From Mizuhopecten yessoensis (taxonomy: Eukaryota): a stretch of 64,000 nucleotides of DNA. Location: contig NW_018406415.1 of NCBI RefSeq assembly GCF_002113885.1, forward strand, positions 1,007,735 to 1,071,734, in the 5' to 3' direction. Every line of letters begins with the position of its first letter. Position 1 is the first letter of the stretch. Of the stretch, positions 23,592 to 37,800 are shown one piece after another. The translations under genes were made by a program, and so were the position numbers. The notes beneath the pieces were generated by a model that had not been told where the DNA came from, ran no database searches, and saw only the letters and a list, made by a program, of their open reading frames with translations.

Positions 23592-23847
23592 AAAGCTAGG
23601 CCACATTGAGTGGACAGTCTCTGGACTTTAGCATCAGGTTAATACTTTTAATGAGTAATGAATTGTATAAAGATGCATTACAAATGGAAATACATGTCAA
23701 TATTACTTGAAAATACAGAAAAACAGCAGGAACCTTTCTGTGATATTGACCATACACAATGTACCTCCATTGTTTCAGATTTGCAGCTGAGATTCAGATA
23801 TTTATGTGATCTTTTGTAAAAGCAAGATTGCATGTTTGCCTGGAAGT

Positions 23848-26800
23848 ATGGCTCCGGTTGTATCTCTTGTCCAGGGAGCTAGTCGAGGAATAGGGCTTCA
23901 GTTTTGTAAGACCATACTTCAGCGTCACCCAAGCAGTGTTGTCATAGCAACATGTCGTCAACCAAACAATTCCTCAGGACTTCAGGAACTGAAAGCCCAG
24001 AATCCAGACAGATTAGATCTGTGTGTGCTAGATGTCACCAAAGATGAACAAATCGAAAATGTGGCAAAGTTCACCAAAGAAAAATATGGAATGTTAGACT
24101 TGCTCATCAACAATGCTGGGATGCTTCATACTTCTGGTAAAGGGGAAACAAGTTTAAGGGACGTCTCCCGGAAGGTAATTATATATTCCACCACAGATAT
24201 CGATACTACCATTGGTTTAATTTGCGCTTCGTCAGTCCTCACACAGTCAGAATGTATCCCTCTGTATAGGACATTATCTTATTATCAGATCTAGAGTGAG
24301 TGGCTATTTAGACATGTTGTCAAGTCTGAATAAATATGATAAACTGAATTGTGTTGAAAGTAATATATTATGAATATCGTGTACTGTAATGCCCCTTATG
24401 AATTATTTGGAAAATTCCTAAATAAATGGCTTTCATATGGTTTTTTACGTCTGTACATGTAGAAATAAAACTAACTTCATTGATCCTTTTTTTTGTAGAA
24501 AGTAGAAATAAAACTAACTTCATTGATCCTTTTTGTTGTAGAAATTTAATATTTAAAAAAAACCACGTCAGCTACCCGGAGACAAGTAAAAAAAATATAT
24601 GTATAAATCATAGTAGTAACATCACAATCATGATCAGTGTTCTCATTAACTTGGAACCAGCTATTTTTTCACAATGTGTATAGGTCAACTTATAGCATGT
24701 GAACAACATTCAACCACCTGTTTCAAAAGTTAGTTTGATAAATTTTGTACTGAAGCAGAATTGTATCTACTTGAAATGCCTTGAAACAGACTGTATCACA
24801 AATTTCTGAGTTAACAAAATCATCTGTAGCTATAGTAAATCCTGCAGGTACTATATATATATTGATATTGTACAATGTTATTTTAAAATAAAAATTGCTT
24901 TTAATCCCTAGAGAAATTGTTTTCATAACAGTACATGTAAAGTAATTATTATATTCAGGGTCTCCTGGAAACCTTTGATGCAAATACCGTTGGGCCACTA
25001 TTGATGGCAAAAAGTTTTGGCCCACTCCTCAAATCTGGGACAGGTTATTTTGGAATGAAGTCAGCCGATTCTAAGAAGCAGCACGCCTCAATTCTAGTCA
25101 ACATGTCTGCCAAAGTTGGATCCATCACTGACAATCGTAAGTAATTCCACAAAGTTAGAATGTTGGATAACAGACACGACTTATATGTTACATTCATTCG
25201 GTCAACAAGAATCCTTTACCATATTCATGAAACTGTTCTCATGCTCAAGTATGGATTCTGTGCTCAAACCGGCCCCAGCTTTCTTGTAAACCCCTTAAAT
25301 CATGTCAAACAATCAAAAGGTCAAATGTAAACATTGAAAACAGTATTCAGCTTTATTAAAAGTATCTTCAATTTTTTTTCCAAATCATTGACAAAATAGA
25401 GTTTTTATTAATTTATAACCGAAACAAGAAAATTAAAAAAACAATGCTTGAGCATGAGGACTGTTTAATGAATACGGGCCAAGGATTTGTTTTTTAGCCT
25501 GCTACAGGAAAGCTGCAAGAAACCTATCGTATGAGGCGACTAATTTGAGATGCCCTGGAAAATCTGAGGCTTTCTTCTGTTTACTTTGATTAGGGGAGAT
25601 ATCAGAGAGATCACAATCTGATTATAACTTATCATCAGGTTTTTGTTTCAATTATTTCCAGTCACATGATGAGTATCATGTGTCAACAATTTTTAGCCAC
25701 AGGTTGTACATGACTTGATGTATTAAATATCCAGAAAGTCATAATTTCTGCTTACATTTTATTAGCTCACCTGGCCCGAAGGGCCAAGTGAGCTTATGGC
25801 ATGGTGTGGCGTCTGTCCGGCGTCCGTCCGGCGTCAACTTTTTACTTTAAACAACTTCTTCTGAATAACCAAGAGGCCTACGATGATATTTGGCCAGTAG
25901 CATACTTGGATGAAGGGCCACCAAGTTTGTTCAAATAAATGACCTTGCCTTATATTCAAGGTCACAGGGGTCAAATATGTTAAAATCTTTTAAACAACTT
26001 CTTCTGAATAACCGAGAGGCCTAGGGTGATGATATTTGTTCAGTAACATGCTGGGATGAAGGGCTACCAAGTTTGTTGAAATAAATGACCTTGACTTATA
26101 TTCAAGATTACAGGGGTCAAATATGTTAAAAACATTTAAACAATTTCTTCTGAATAACCAAGAGGCCTAGGGTGATGATAGTTGGCCAGTAACATGCTGG
26201 GATGAATGGCTAACAAGTTTGTTCAAATAAATGACCTTGACCCACTTTCAAGGTCACATGGGTCAAATATGTTAAAACCTTTAAACAACTTTTTCTGAAT
26301 AACCGGATTAACCGAGAGGCCTAGGGTGATGATAGTTGGGCAGTAATATGCTGGGATGAAGGGCTACAAAGTTTGTTCAAATAAATGAACTTGACCCACT
26401 TTCAAGGTCACAGGGGTCAAATATGTTAAAACCTTTAAACAACTTCTTCTGAATAACAATTGGCCTAGGGTGATGATATTTGGCTAGTAGCATGCTGGGA
26501 TGAAGGGCTATAAAGTTTGTTTATATGAATGACCTTCATCTTTTTTCAAGGTCACAGGGTCAAATATGTTCTAAACCTTTAAACAACTTCTTCTGAATAA
26601 CCAAGAGGCCTAGGATAATGCCAGTAACATGCTGGGATGAAGGACTACCAAGTGAATGACCTTCGCCCATCTTCAAGGTCACAGTGGTCAATATATGTTT
26701 AAATGTTTAAGTGATTTGTTCTGTATAACCAAAAGGTCCAGTGTAAATATATTTTTCCAGAAGCATGCTGGGTTGGAAGACTATAAACTCTGTTCAACCT

Positions 26801-27396
26801 AATATCATAATGTCCTTGTTCGACATTCAAGGTCACAGGTGTCATATGTTTAAATCTTTTAATAGTTTGTTATGAATGAAACACTGATATTTTGCCTGTG
26901 GCTGTATTTTAGTCCACTTTTAAGATTACAAGTGTGAGATTAATACCAGGTGAGCGATGCAGGCCCATTGGGCCTCTTGTTTTAACAATTAAATAAGAAT
27001 GGACTTGGATGATTTGAAGTACTTTTCGACACTTCAGATAAGTTCTGGTTAAAGTGCTGATTAAGTATTAATTTAAATCAGAATTTCAACACAATTATTT
27101 TTCAAAACTTTTCAGAGCTTGGTGGATGGTACAGTTATCGCTTGTCCAAAGCGGCCCTGAACATGTGCAGTAAGAACCTCAGTCTAGAACTAGGTCGTGG
27201 CAGTAAACCTGTGTTATGTGTTTCGTTACATCCTGGGACTGTTGACACGGATCTGTCACGACCTTACCACAAAAACGTGCCGAAACTGTTCACCACAGAG
27301 TACAGCGTCGACTGTCTGCTGGACGTTGTGGAAAGTCTAACAATTTCAGACACTGGAAAGTTTTTCCTCTATGATAGAACTGTCTTTCCTTTTTAG
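23848..27396 (+). CDS. C-factor/CsgA-like classical short-chain dehydrogenase/reductase
   Basis: Exons 23848-24174, 24959-25136 and 27116-27396. Motifs: GASRGIG (Rossmann), LLINNAG, SAKVGSITDN|QLGGWYSYRLSK (catalytic YxxxK), LHPGTVDTDLS. A likely non-coding first exon ends near 22421, and the exon containing the ATG has an acceptor at ~23778. Confidence 0.9.
25761..26981 (+). mobile_element. HINE carrying a tandem array of ~140-bp satellite-like units, in an SDR intron
   Basis: ATTAGCTCACCTGGCCCGAAGGGCCAAGTGAGC start, GTCC microsatellite, ~7 tandem units (AAACAACTTCTTCTGAATAACC...TCAAGGTCACAGGGGTCAAATATG), and CAGGTGAGCGATGCAGGCCCATTGGGCCTCTTGTT end. Confidence 0.85.
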
Positions 27397-28479
27397 GTTG
27401 AAAATATTGCCTAATCCGATACCCTGTCGAACACAATATAAAAGTCAATGAATTAGGCAGGATACCAGAATACACAGGTCTTTCATTTGGTAGTGCTCAA
27501 TAGACATTACAGAATTATGTTGGATTACACATGGTGTTGTTATACTCAGGGGTCAGATTAGACAGATGTCAGTGTGTAAAAGTAAAATTTAATTATGCGG
27601 GCATGGTTAATCCTGTGTGGTAGAAGTGTGTTATTAGACTAGTAATAAAGCACTTGTTGGGTTAATTACTGTTAAGCATGAATGTGTTATTTATGTATTT
27701 ATTCCGTAGTGATATTTGGTGATTTTGGTGCATTGATTTCATTATGGAAAATAAATTGTAAATTGAAATATTTTTTGCTTAGATTTTTATACAATATATA
27801 TTGGAATGGTCATTATTTAGTGTACCTTTCATACATAACATCAAGATATATGTACTATGATAAACCAGCAATAACTATTACTGCCAACTGAAGGACTCGC
27901 ATGTACAGTGGTCAATATTGAGATGATGGAAGGAATGGAACTAAGGCCAATTATAAACTGTTCATCTTGATCTTTCTATCAAAATTTTAACTCACCTGGA
28001 ACAAAGGACAAGCTAGGCGAATGCTGTAGCCAATCGTCTGTCATCCATCAGTCAACTTCTCAGTTAAAATGCTACTTTTCCAGAACAGCAGAGTGAATGT
28101 TGAGTACTTTATTCTGGAGCATTGTAGAGCCAAGGGGGACTCAATGTTGTATTAACAAAGAATGTGCCTCCCTCTGACTGGCTTTGGCATTTGTTACTTT
28201 TTCTGAAGAACTACTGAAGCAACAAGGCAATCCATAGTCCCCCACCGGTAGTGATTTCTATATTCAACAAACAGTACACTTATGTCAGGATGTACCTACT
28301 GTTAGGAAAGTATCCCAATACCTAATGCAACATTAAAGGCATATCGTTGTAATGGTAAAATTAATTTTTGCCAACAAAAGAAATTTGCAGTATGGTTGTA
28401 TAAAGAATCAAGAGCGATACATTCTGATGGCTTAGTTTGGGAAATGAAAAAGAAAAAGTGAAGAAAATTGTTTTAAATC

Positions 28480-29135
28480 AATGATATTTCCACCAAATCT
28501 GGTTACAGCCGGTGAAATAGTATAAAAGATATGCCCAGACAAACTTTTCAAAAGGTAAGGTCAAAGGTCAAAGCATAGGTCACAGTGAGGTCATAGTGAC
28601 CTACTTCTTGCACTCCGCCATCCCAAGATGTCCTTGTACACCAAATCTGATTATCCCAGGTGAAATAGTTTAGAAGATATGCCCCAGACTAATTTTTGAA
28701 AAGTCAAAGGTCAAGTCATATGTCACAGCGACCTTCTTGTGCTCTGCACTACGTCATCCCAAAATGTCCTTGTACACCAAAGCTGCTTACTCCGGGTGAA
28801 AAAGTATAGAAAATATGCACAGGACAAACCTTTTCAAAAGTGAAGGTCAAAGGTTAAGTCATAGATCACAGTGACCTAATTATTGCACTTTGCACTCCGC
28901 CATCCCAAGATGTCCTTGTACACCAATCTGATTATTCCAGGTGAAATAGAATAGTATCTGCCCCAGACAAACCTTTTCAAAAGTTAGGGCCAAAGGTCAA
29001 AGAATAGGTCACAGTGAGCTTCTTATTGCACTCTGCAATCCCAAGATGTCCTTGTACACCAAATCTGGTTACTCCAGGTGAAATAGTATAGATCATATGT
29101 CCAAGACAAACTTCTGGGAAGGATGGACGGAGTGC
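28480..29135 (-). mobile_element. HINE-like element with ~125-bp tandem units
   Basis: About 5 repeats of CCATCCCAAGATGTCCTTGTACACCAAATCTG...AAGGTCAA ending at a GGATGGACGGA microsatellite. Confidence 0.65.
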
Positions 29136-32100
29136 AAACTGGAATCTGTGGGGGACTAATTAACTTTAAGTTGATACAAGTATTCCTCAAGAGATCCTGA
29201 CCAAGTGTTATATTAGCGGTACATTTTGTGCCTATGTATAAATCCAAGATGACTGCCCTTATGAAGCTTAGTCTTTGTATATTGTGCATGCTTATCATGT
29301 TTTATCAAAACTGAATGATAGCAACGCAAGTTATAATAATCTAGCAGAAATCAAAGTATGGACAGAACAGCTGACGGGCATTCCTCAATTCATCTCCTGT
29401 CAAAAGTTTGAGAGTCGTACAATGTATAAAAATACAAAATCGTATAATTCTTTTACCTTTTTTATTCAAACAAAGCTGTCAGCATTCAACAGCTCATGAG
29501 CAATGCAATAGATATTTATAATGACATTATACTATGAGTAATATGCAGTCCAACACCATGGAGTAACAATAATAAAGACTAAGTACTGTTTGTACTCAAA
29601 ACCTACGAATTTGTAAACAAATGAAAATAGAAATGATGAGCAACAACGCCACTGAATCCAGTACAAAATGTATTTGGGCCAAAGGGAGGCCGTCTTCAGA
29701 GCACAGTTACATGATGTTTGCAACTGATGTGTAAACAAATGAAGGTATCTTTGATGCATGAGTTTTCAAAGACTCTTGACATATTTTTCTCTTGCTAAAA
29801 ATTGAGTTCTGATTTATTTATAATGAGGTTTATAGATTATAGACCTATAAGAATGTTAAGAAACTCTCGCAGAATGTCGCAATTGCTAGATGTTTTTTGG
29901 AAATAGACAAAAGGTGCTTACATGTCACAACTGATTATACATTTTCATATCAAAATGAATCGTGCCACAAGGATTGGACAAGACTCTGCTTATTTGATTT
30001 ACATAATTTCTTGTCACATAGTTTGATAATCGATGAGACTTTCTCTTTTAAAAAAATACAGGTTTTGGTCACGAGTTCCAGTACATGTATACAGTTTGTC
30101 ATGGAATGTTACTGAAGTACACATAAATCACATTTTAAATGGTACCAAGATGTTTCATACTTAAAAATAAACAATATACTTGATTACTAATCCTGGTCAT
30201 CTTAATTCAACATATTAGAGAAAGAAAAAGTATAATTTTAGTAGAAAACCTTTAATAAAGACAACTTTAGGAACAAAAAATGAAAATCATCCGAGTGTTG
30301 AGGAACATGATCAATATATCCAAAATTGGTAAATCTCCAATAAGAATTGCCCACAAAATTCAATCTGAAAAAGGAATGTACAGTAAAAAAAATTTATATT
30401 GCCACCATTTGTCAAAAGAAATATTGGCATTATAAAGAGGTTTGGCAATAAATTGAAGGAAATGTACACAGAGAAAGAAAAAAAACATACACTGAAAAAG
30501 AGATAAACGAACGTTGAAATATGTTGGCAGCAAGCCAGATCGCCATATGCAGCAAGAGGGGAAATATATCCACGTTTAACTTTAATAAGGAGAAAGTTTT
30601 CAATTATGCATGTACAGTATTTCAAACTAAATGTAATTTTTCGAAGAGAAACCAAAAACACTTGGTAGATTGTCCCAATGTCTTAAAACCCAATTCATAG
30701 AATGAGAGAAGATTCATCTACAAATATTTGATGGAGCAGAGCAGCAGAAATGGAATGTGTGTTCAATATTTAATACAAAAAACTTGTATCACTACATGAT
30801 TTGTAATTGTCTTATGCAATAGCAGCGTTGCTTTCAAGGGTTTGATTTTTTGTTTAAAACAGGTCGATAACAATGATTGAAAATTAAAAAGTAATGTTTC
30901 AAATATTAATTACAAGGCTGAAGCAGTGTTTATGTAAATTAAGGGTATATGTTACCTTCTAGTTGTGATTGTGTTAGATTTATCTCCCTTCACTTATAAT
31001 TACCATTATCTAATGATTCAGTCTTACATTGGTATAACCATTGTCAACTTTGTCATTAATTCATTAAACCTGTCCAATTCACCATCTATAAAAGATGCTT
31101 CAATTTAAAAAACAATTTTAAAGGTTTTCTGAAATACGGAGCTCTTTTGAAATAGAGGTAGCGTGTAAAGAATAAGATAGTATATATCCTTAAAGCAGTA
31201 AAATAATGAAGCTATGAGGAATATTCAAATACATTGTGTTGCATACAAATGTATATATATATACACACATAGCGTAAATACTTTGAGTACATTTAAATTG
31301 CCGATACAGGGCAATTGATTTTGACAATATAGGTACATGTATATGAAAAGTTCTGGTAAAAACTTTGAGGTGTTGATGGGTTAAAATGTTGTGCTAATTA
31401 TTGATATATTTATTATTATTACCGATTATATTCCTTATGTACATGTTTATATACGAATACTTTTACTAGTTAAGATTTTCATCAGCATTTTCTTGGGAAA
31501 AAATAAGGGCTGCCATTGATAAAATAACTTTTATTCTGTATCAACTGAAATATCTGGGACACAATTATATTGATTATCAAGGGATATAATGTACTAAAAA
31601 ATATCAATATGTTGCACAACCATCACAATATTTGGTTATCTATTGTGAACAATAAGTTCATAGTAAATGATTAAACGCTATAAATATCACAAGATGTTTT
31701 GTTTTTAACATGTACTGGTTAAATGGCTAATGATCTAGAAATTTATCTTAAAAAATGTCAGCGGGTATCAATAGTTGAAAATTTGAAGAAGAATATGTGT
31801 ATGATCAAAACTTGTATATTGGTGGTACACTGATCCCATGGCGAGGTAGATATGTAGTGATGAATGCTGTGGCAGGTTATGAGACAATGAACTAAAACAC
31901 AGGGTATGATAAAGCTGTTTTAATAGGATGCACTTAATAGCAATGAAATATACAAAGAAAAACCAGGAAAAAGCAGAAAAATAACATCAATTTAAATATA
32001 ATATATTTCTCAATTTATTAAAAGTAATTTTAAAATAATATATTTTTCATTGTACTGTACATGTATGTGCATTATCATTGTCTCAGCTTGAAAGTATATA

Positions 32101-32915
32101 GTGTCTGTGACGCAGAGCATGATAGGGAATGATTTAAAGTATTTATCCAACAACCTAATTATTTTTATCAAAAACAAACAGGCTACTTATATTAATGGGC
32201 GATTTTAGAAACTCCAAACTCCATAAGTTTTGACACGAGTTTGTGATATTTGCAGTTTTTATTGAAATTTGTCATGTTCAAACTTCTTCAAAATTACAGA
32301 GACCAATTTTAAAATATCCTTCTTTCTTACAAAGGCCCTCAACCTATAATTGCTTCTGTATGACTAGAGATTTTAACAAATTCAAGAAGGAAATCACTTT
32401 TCAAGGCTGCATGAAGCAGAGCTAGATTGCATTGTTAATCTCGCTTAAAAAGAAAGAACGAAGTGAAATGTTGTGCCAGAAGATTTGATTCAGATGGTCC
32501 AATAAAAACATGCTTTGTTAGCATTTCACCATCAAAGCTCATTTATACAGGTAAAAGTGAAATAACTATGTTCACATACATAGCAAAACAAATACATTTA
32601 TATTCTCATAAATTGATTAAATAAAATGTTTATACAATGTACAGTAAAATAAAATTATTGTGAAGGAGGCAAGATTTATGGTTTTATACAAAGTGGTTTA
32701 ACTTAATAAAAAAAATTGCAGCTGAGGCAAGAAATACCCAAAGAAAAACAAAGATAAGGAAAATAACAAGGGGAGGTAATCTGATGGTACAAATAATTGG
32801 GTATTCATGTTAGATGCTGTAAGTATGCCAGATTGATCATAACAGATGTTATCAGCCGAAATGAACTTGACATTTAGGATAATATAAACATGGAGTGTCA
32901 GATGTTATTGAAAAA

Positions 32916-33241
32916 ACAAGAGGCCCAAATGGGCCTGCATCGCTCACCTGGTATAAATCTCACTTGTAACCTTAAAAGTGATATAAAATGAAGCTACAGG
33001 CAGTATTTATGATTAAAAGTCATTCAAAAGAACCTGTTGAAAGATTCAAAAACGTTTCACCCCTGTGACCTTGAAAATCGAACAATGTCATTATGCTAAA
33101 CAAATTTTATAGCCCTTCATGATCATCTCAGGATGCAACTCGCAAAATATCACCACCCTATCCTTTTGTTTATCATAATTAGGTAATTTAAATGTTTATA
33201 CATAGTTGACGAAATGTGACCCTTCGGCCAGGTGAGCTAAA
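32916..33241 (-). mobile_element. Short HINE of the 25761-26981 family
   Basis: Same termini reverse-complemented (AACAAGAGGCCCAAATGGGCCTGCATCGCTCACCTGG ... TTCGGCCAGGTGAGCTAA) with about one internal unit. Confidence 0.8.
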
Positions 33242-33750
33242 AATTACAACAAAAATACTCCCTTTATCCATAAATATGATGTGTAAAAAGAATGATCTAT
33301 AGCAAAGAAAAAATCTTTAAAATGGAAAAAAAAACTAGAACACACTTCTTGAACTATGAGCCCACAATTATCACATTTTTATGCCAAATAATCACTAACA
33401 CTGAACAAAATCCATATATTTATAGAATTACTCATCAGAACATCAAGTACCACCCCGAAATAAGTAACAGTAGCAAAATTTAAATTCCTACTTTTCCAAA
33501 CTATGCCTGATGAACGAACACGAGTATTCGTCATATGAAGTTGTGTGAATTCTGTCACTGAAACAAGAATTCCCCTGAACCATAGAAGATAAATAAATAT
33601 GAAGATGAATATATACATCTGTGCCATTAAATGTCTTCATTATAAAACTACAATGATATTTTCATGATAATCATTTATATCAAAAACACAAGGCAACTTC
33701 ACATCATTAACATTCTTTACCAATTAACTTACTTGTAATAAAATTCCAAT

Positions 33751-33840
33751 TTACCCTTTCACCACTGAAGACCATAATGGAATCATCCATATCAATGTGT
33801 GGTATAGTCTACTGAAGTTACATAGGGGTGAAAGGGTTAA
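33751..33840. mobile_element. piggyBac-like micro-MITE (copies also at 46101-46192 and 46375-46457)
   Basis: CCCTTTCACC...GGTGAAAGGG TIRs flanked by TTAA-like sites, ~88 bp, three copies in the window. Confidence 0.75.
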
Positions 33841-34104
33841 GAACAAGCTTAAGCTGCATAATAAAAAAAACAAATAAAAAAAAAACCACATGTGGGAATG
33901 AATTATATTTCATGTCTTTACTTGCTAAAATGTGCGAGGAAAAGACTGTCCATGCTAAATTAGCAGGACTTGGAATGATGATTGTATAATGTGGGCTTTT
34001 TTTCAGACCAAATTGAAAATCTTAAATCTGTGATATTGCTCCTTAAATATAAGACTAGACAGACACTTATTAAATGTATAATTTTAGTATAGAGTGAACC
34101 TCCC

Positions 34105-34400
34105 TTTAAGACCACTTACATAAATAATCTGTTTATATAGACCACTCATCTATAGAGATCATCTGTGTATAAAAGTCATCCATCTCAATCACCTGCCTAT
34201 AAAGACCACCTGTCTATAATGAACACATGCTAACAAAGATCATACCTTTATAAAGATCACCTGTGTAAATGGAATACATGCCTAGAAAGATCACAACTGT
34301 ATATAGATCACCTGTCTATAACGACCACCTGTGTATATTGAATACATGCCTAGAAAGATCACAACTTTATATAGATCACCTGTCTATAAAGACCACCCTA
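34105..34400. repeat. Degenerate ~19-bp tandem (AAAGACCACCTGTCTATA) downstream of the ERGIC1 stop
   Basis: Directly visible. Confidence 0.7.
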
Positions 34401-34815
34401 TGTTCCTATTAATACAATTCATGTTATAAATCACCTGTGCACAAATCAACCTACAAGTCTGTTTGAGATTCAAAATGTTAGAAATAATTCTACCCTGTCT
34501 ATGTCTAGGTGAGGAGTGAATTAAACCTGTGCAATCTGAACACCAGTTACCCAGTAAATGAGGTAACTAGTGTATCTGGATAATGATGGTTGGTTTAGAC
34601 AGTTTTTCACTGTATTAACACAAGAAAATGTCTTTCCAGTTGTCTCAAATGAATTTTATAGAAATATAAAAAAAGATGTATCCCTCTTTAAAAACTAAAA
34701 TAAAGGAACTTTAAAAAAATGCTGAAAAAACTGGAATGTATTTTTGAACAATGTAGTAACTCCCAACTACAGAACAAGGATTGATTGTGAAATAAATTCC
34801 TAATAATTTCTAAAA

Positions 34816-37800
34816 TCAGCTCTGCTTCCCGATTTCAAATTTTCTAATGAGTTCTGATGCTGTAAAGATGCAGGAGTCTAAAATACCAGCTACAGTGAAG
34901 GTTCCACCTACGATTGCACAAATCTACAAAAAATAATAAGAAAATTAAAAAAAATGATCACAAAATAATTCATTTGATCTAAATCAGAACATAATAATGC
35001 ATTTTTCTTACAATTTCAAAAAATTCTAAAAATAAATATGTGGAATTTAATATTGTTGAAAATGTGTTTTTATGCTTTGATACTTTGTATCTTGCAATAA
35101 ATCTTTCAGGCCTTGATGTTGAGTCTGAGTTATCTCCCTTATTTGAGCTAGATATGCATTAATAACATGAATCTCCTTTCACAAAAATGTTGCTTTTGGA
35201 AATGAGATTTAGGTATTTCACAATAAGGTAAGGTATTTCCTTCACATCAATGGTTTATTTATCAAAAACATTGGTTTAAAAAGATTCAATCTAAACAAAT
35301 TAATTTTCTTAATGCATTGGAGTCAGTTATCTAATCTAAGATACCTTATATGAAATACAACGTATACTTACAGTGGTAAGGAAAGTGTAGAAAGGTTTCC
35401 TTTTCTCCTTGTAACGTACTGTGATTGGACTGAGATCATATCGGAACCAAATAGCTGGCATCACTCTACCACCATGTCCGTATTGTAACATGTCCTGTAA
35501 ACATAGAAACAGGCAGTGAACTACATGTGTAGCCGTAGAGCATCCCTCTAACAGGCAGTGAACTACATGTGTAGCGGTAGAGCATCCGTCTAACAGGCAG
35601 TGAACTACATGTGGAGCTGTAGAGCATCCGTCTAACAGGCAGTGAACTACATGTGTAGCAGTAGAGCATCCGTCTAAACAGGCAGTGAACTATATGTGTA
35701 GCGGTAGAGCATCCGTCTAACAGGCAGTGAACTACATGTGTAGAGGTAGAGCATCCGTCTAACAGGCAGAGAACTACATGTGTAGCAGTAGAGCATCCGT
35801 CTAAACAGGCAATGAACTATATGTGTAGCGGTAGAGCATCCGTCTAACAGGCAGTAAACTACATGTGTAGCTGTAGAGCATCCGTCTAACGGGCAGTGAA
35901 CTACATGTGTAGCTGTAGAGCATCTGTCCAAACAGGCAGTGAACTACATGTGTAGAGGTAGAGCATCCGTCTAACAGGCATTGAACTACATGTGTAGCTG
36001 TAGAGCATCTGTCTACACAGGCAGTGAACTACATGTGTAGCGGTAGAGAATCCGTCTAACAGGCAGTGAACTACATGTGTAGATGTAGAGCATCCGTCTA
36101 ACAGGCAGTGAACTACATGTGTAGAGGGAGAGCATCTGCCTAACCGGCAGTGAACTACATGTGTAGCTGTAGAGCATCTGTCTACACAGGCAGTGAACTA
36201 CATGTGTAGCGGTAGAGAATCCGTCTAACAGGCAGTGAACTACATGTGTAGAGGGAGAGCATCCGTCTAACAGGCAGTGAACTACATGCGTAGCGGTAAA
36301 GCATCCGTCTACAGGCAGTGAACTACATGTGTAGCGGTAGAGCACCTGTCTAACAGGCAGTGAACTACATGCGTAGAGGTAGAGCATCCGTCTAACAGGC
36401 AGTGAACTACAAGTGTAGCGGTAAAGCATCCGTCTACAGGCAGTGAACTACATGTGTAGCAATAGAGCAACCGTCTAAACAGGCAGTGAACTACATGTGT
36501 AGCTGTAGAGCATCTGTCCAAACAGGCAGTGAACTACATGTGTAGAGGTAGAGCACCCGTCCAACAGGCAGTGAACTACATGCGTAGAGGTAGAGCATCC
36601 CTCTAACAGGCGGTGAACTACATGTGTAGCGGTAGAGCATCTGTCTAACAGAGAGTGAACTACATGTGTAGCGGTAGAGCATCTGTCTAACAGACAGTGA
36701 ACTACATGTGTAGCGGTAGAGCATCTGTCTAACAGGCAGTGAACTACATGTGTAACTGTACAGCATCTGTCTAAACAGGCAGTTAACTACATGTGTAGAG
36801 GTAGAGCATCCGTCTAACAGGCAGTGAACTACATGTGTAGCGGTAGAGCACCTGTCTAACAGGCAGTGAACCACATGTGTAGCGGTAGAGCATCTGTCTT
36901 ACAGGCCATGAACTACACATGTATTAGTAGAGCATCTGTCTAAACAGACAGTGAACTACATGTGTAGCGGTAAAGCATCCTTCTACAGGCAGTGACCTAC
37001 ATGTGTAGCGGTAGAGCATCCGTCTAACAGGGAGTGAACTACATGTGTAGCGGTAGGGCACCTGTCTAACAGGCAGTGAACCACATGTGTAGCGGTAGAG
37101 CATCTGTCTAACAGAGAGTGAACTACATGTGTAGCGGTAAAGCATCCTTCTACAGGCAGTGACCTACATGTGTAGCTGTAGAGCATCTGTCTAAACAGGC
37201 AGTGGACTACATGTGTAGCGGTAGAGCATCCCTCTAACAGGCAGTGAACTACATGTGTAACCGTACAGCATCTGTCTAAACAGGCAGTTAACTACATGTG
37301 TAGCGGTAGAGCATCTGTCGAAACAGGCAGTGAACTATATGTGTAGCTGTAGAGCATCCATCTAACAGGCAGTGAACTACATGTGTAGCGGTAGAGCATC
37401 CGTCTAACAGGCAGTGAACTACATGTGTAGCTGTAGAGCATCCGTCTTACAGGCAGTGAACTACATGTGTAGCTGTAGAGCATCCGTCTTACAGGCAGTG
37501 AACTACATGTGTAGCTGTAGAGCATCTGTCGAAACAGGCAGTGAACTACATGTGGAGCGGTAGAGCATCTGTCGAAACAGGCAGTGAACTACATGTGTAG
37601 CGGTAGAGCATCCGTCTACACAGGCAGTGAACTACATGTGTAGAGGTAGAGCATCCGCCAAACAGACAGTGAACTACATGTGTAGCGGTAGAGCATCTGT
37701 CTTACAGGCCATGAACTACACATGTATTAGTAGAGCATCTGTCTAAACAGACAGTGAACTACATGTGTAGCGGTAGAGCATCTGTCTAACAGGCAGTGAA

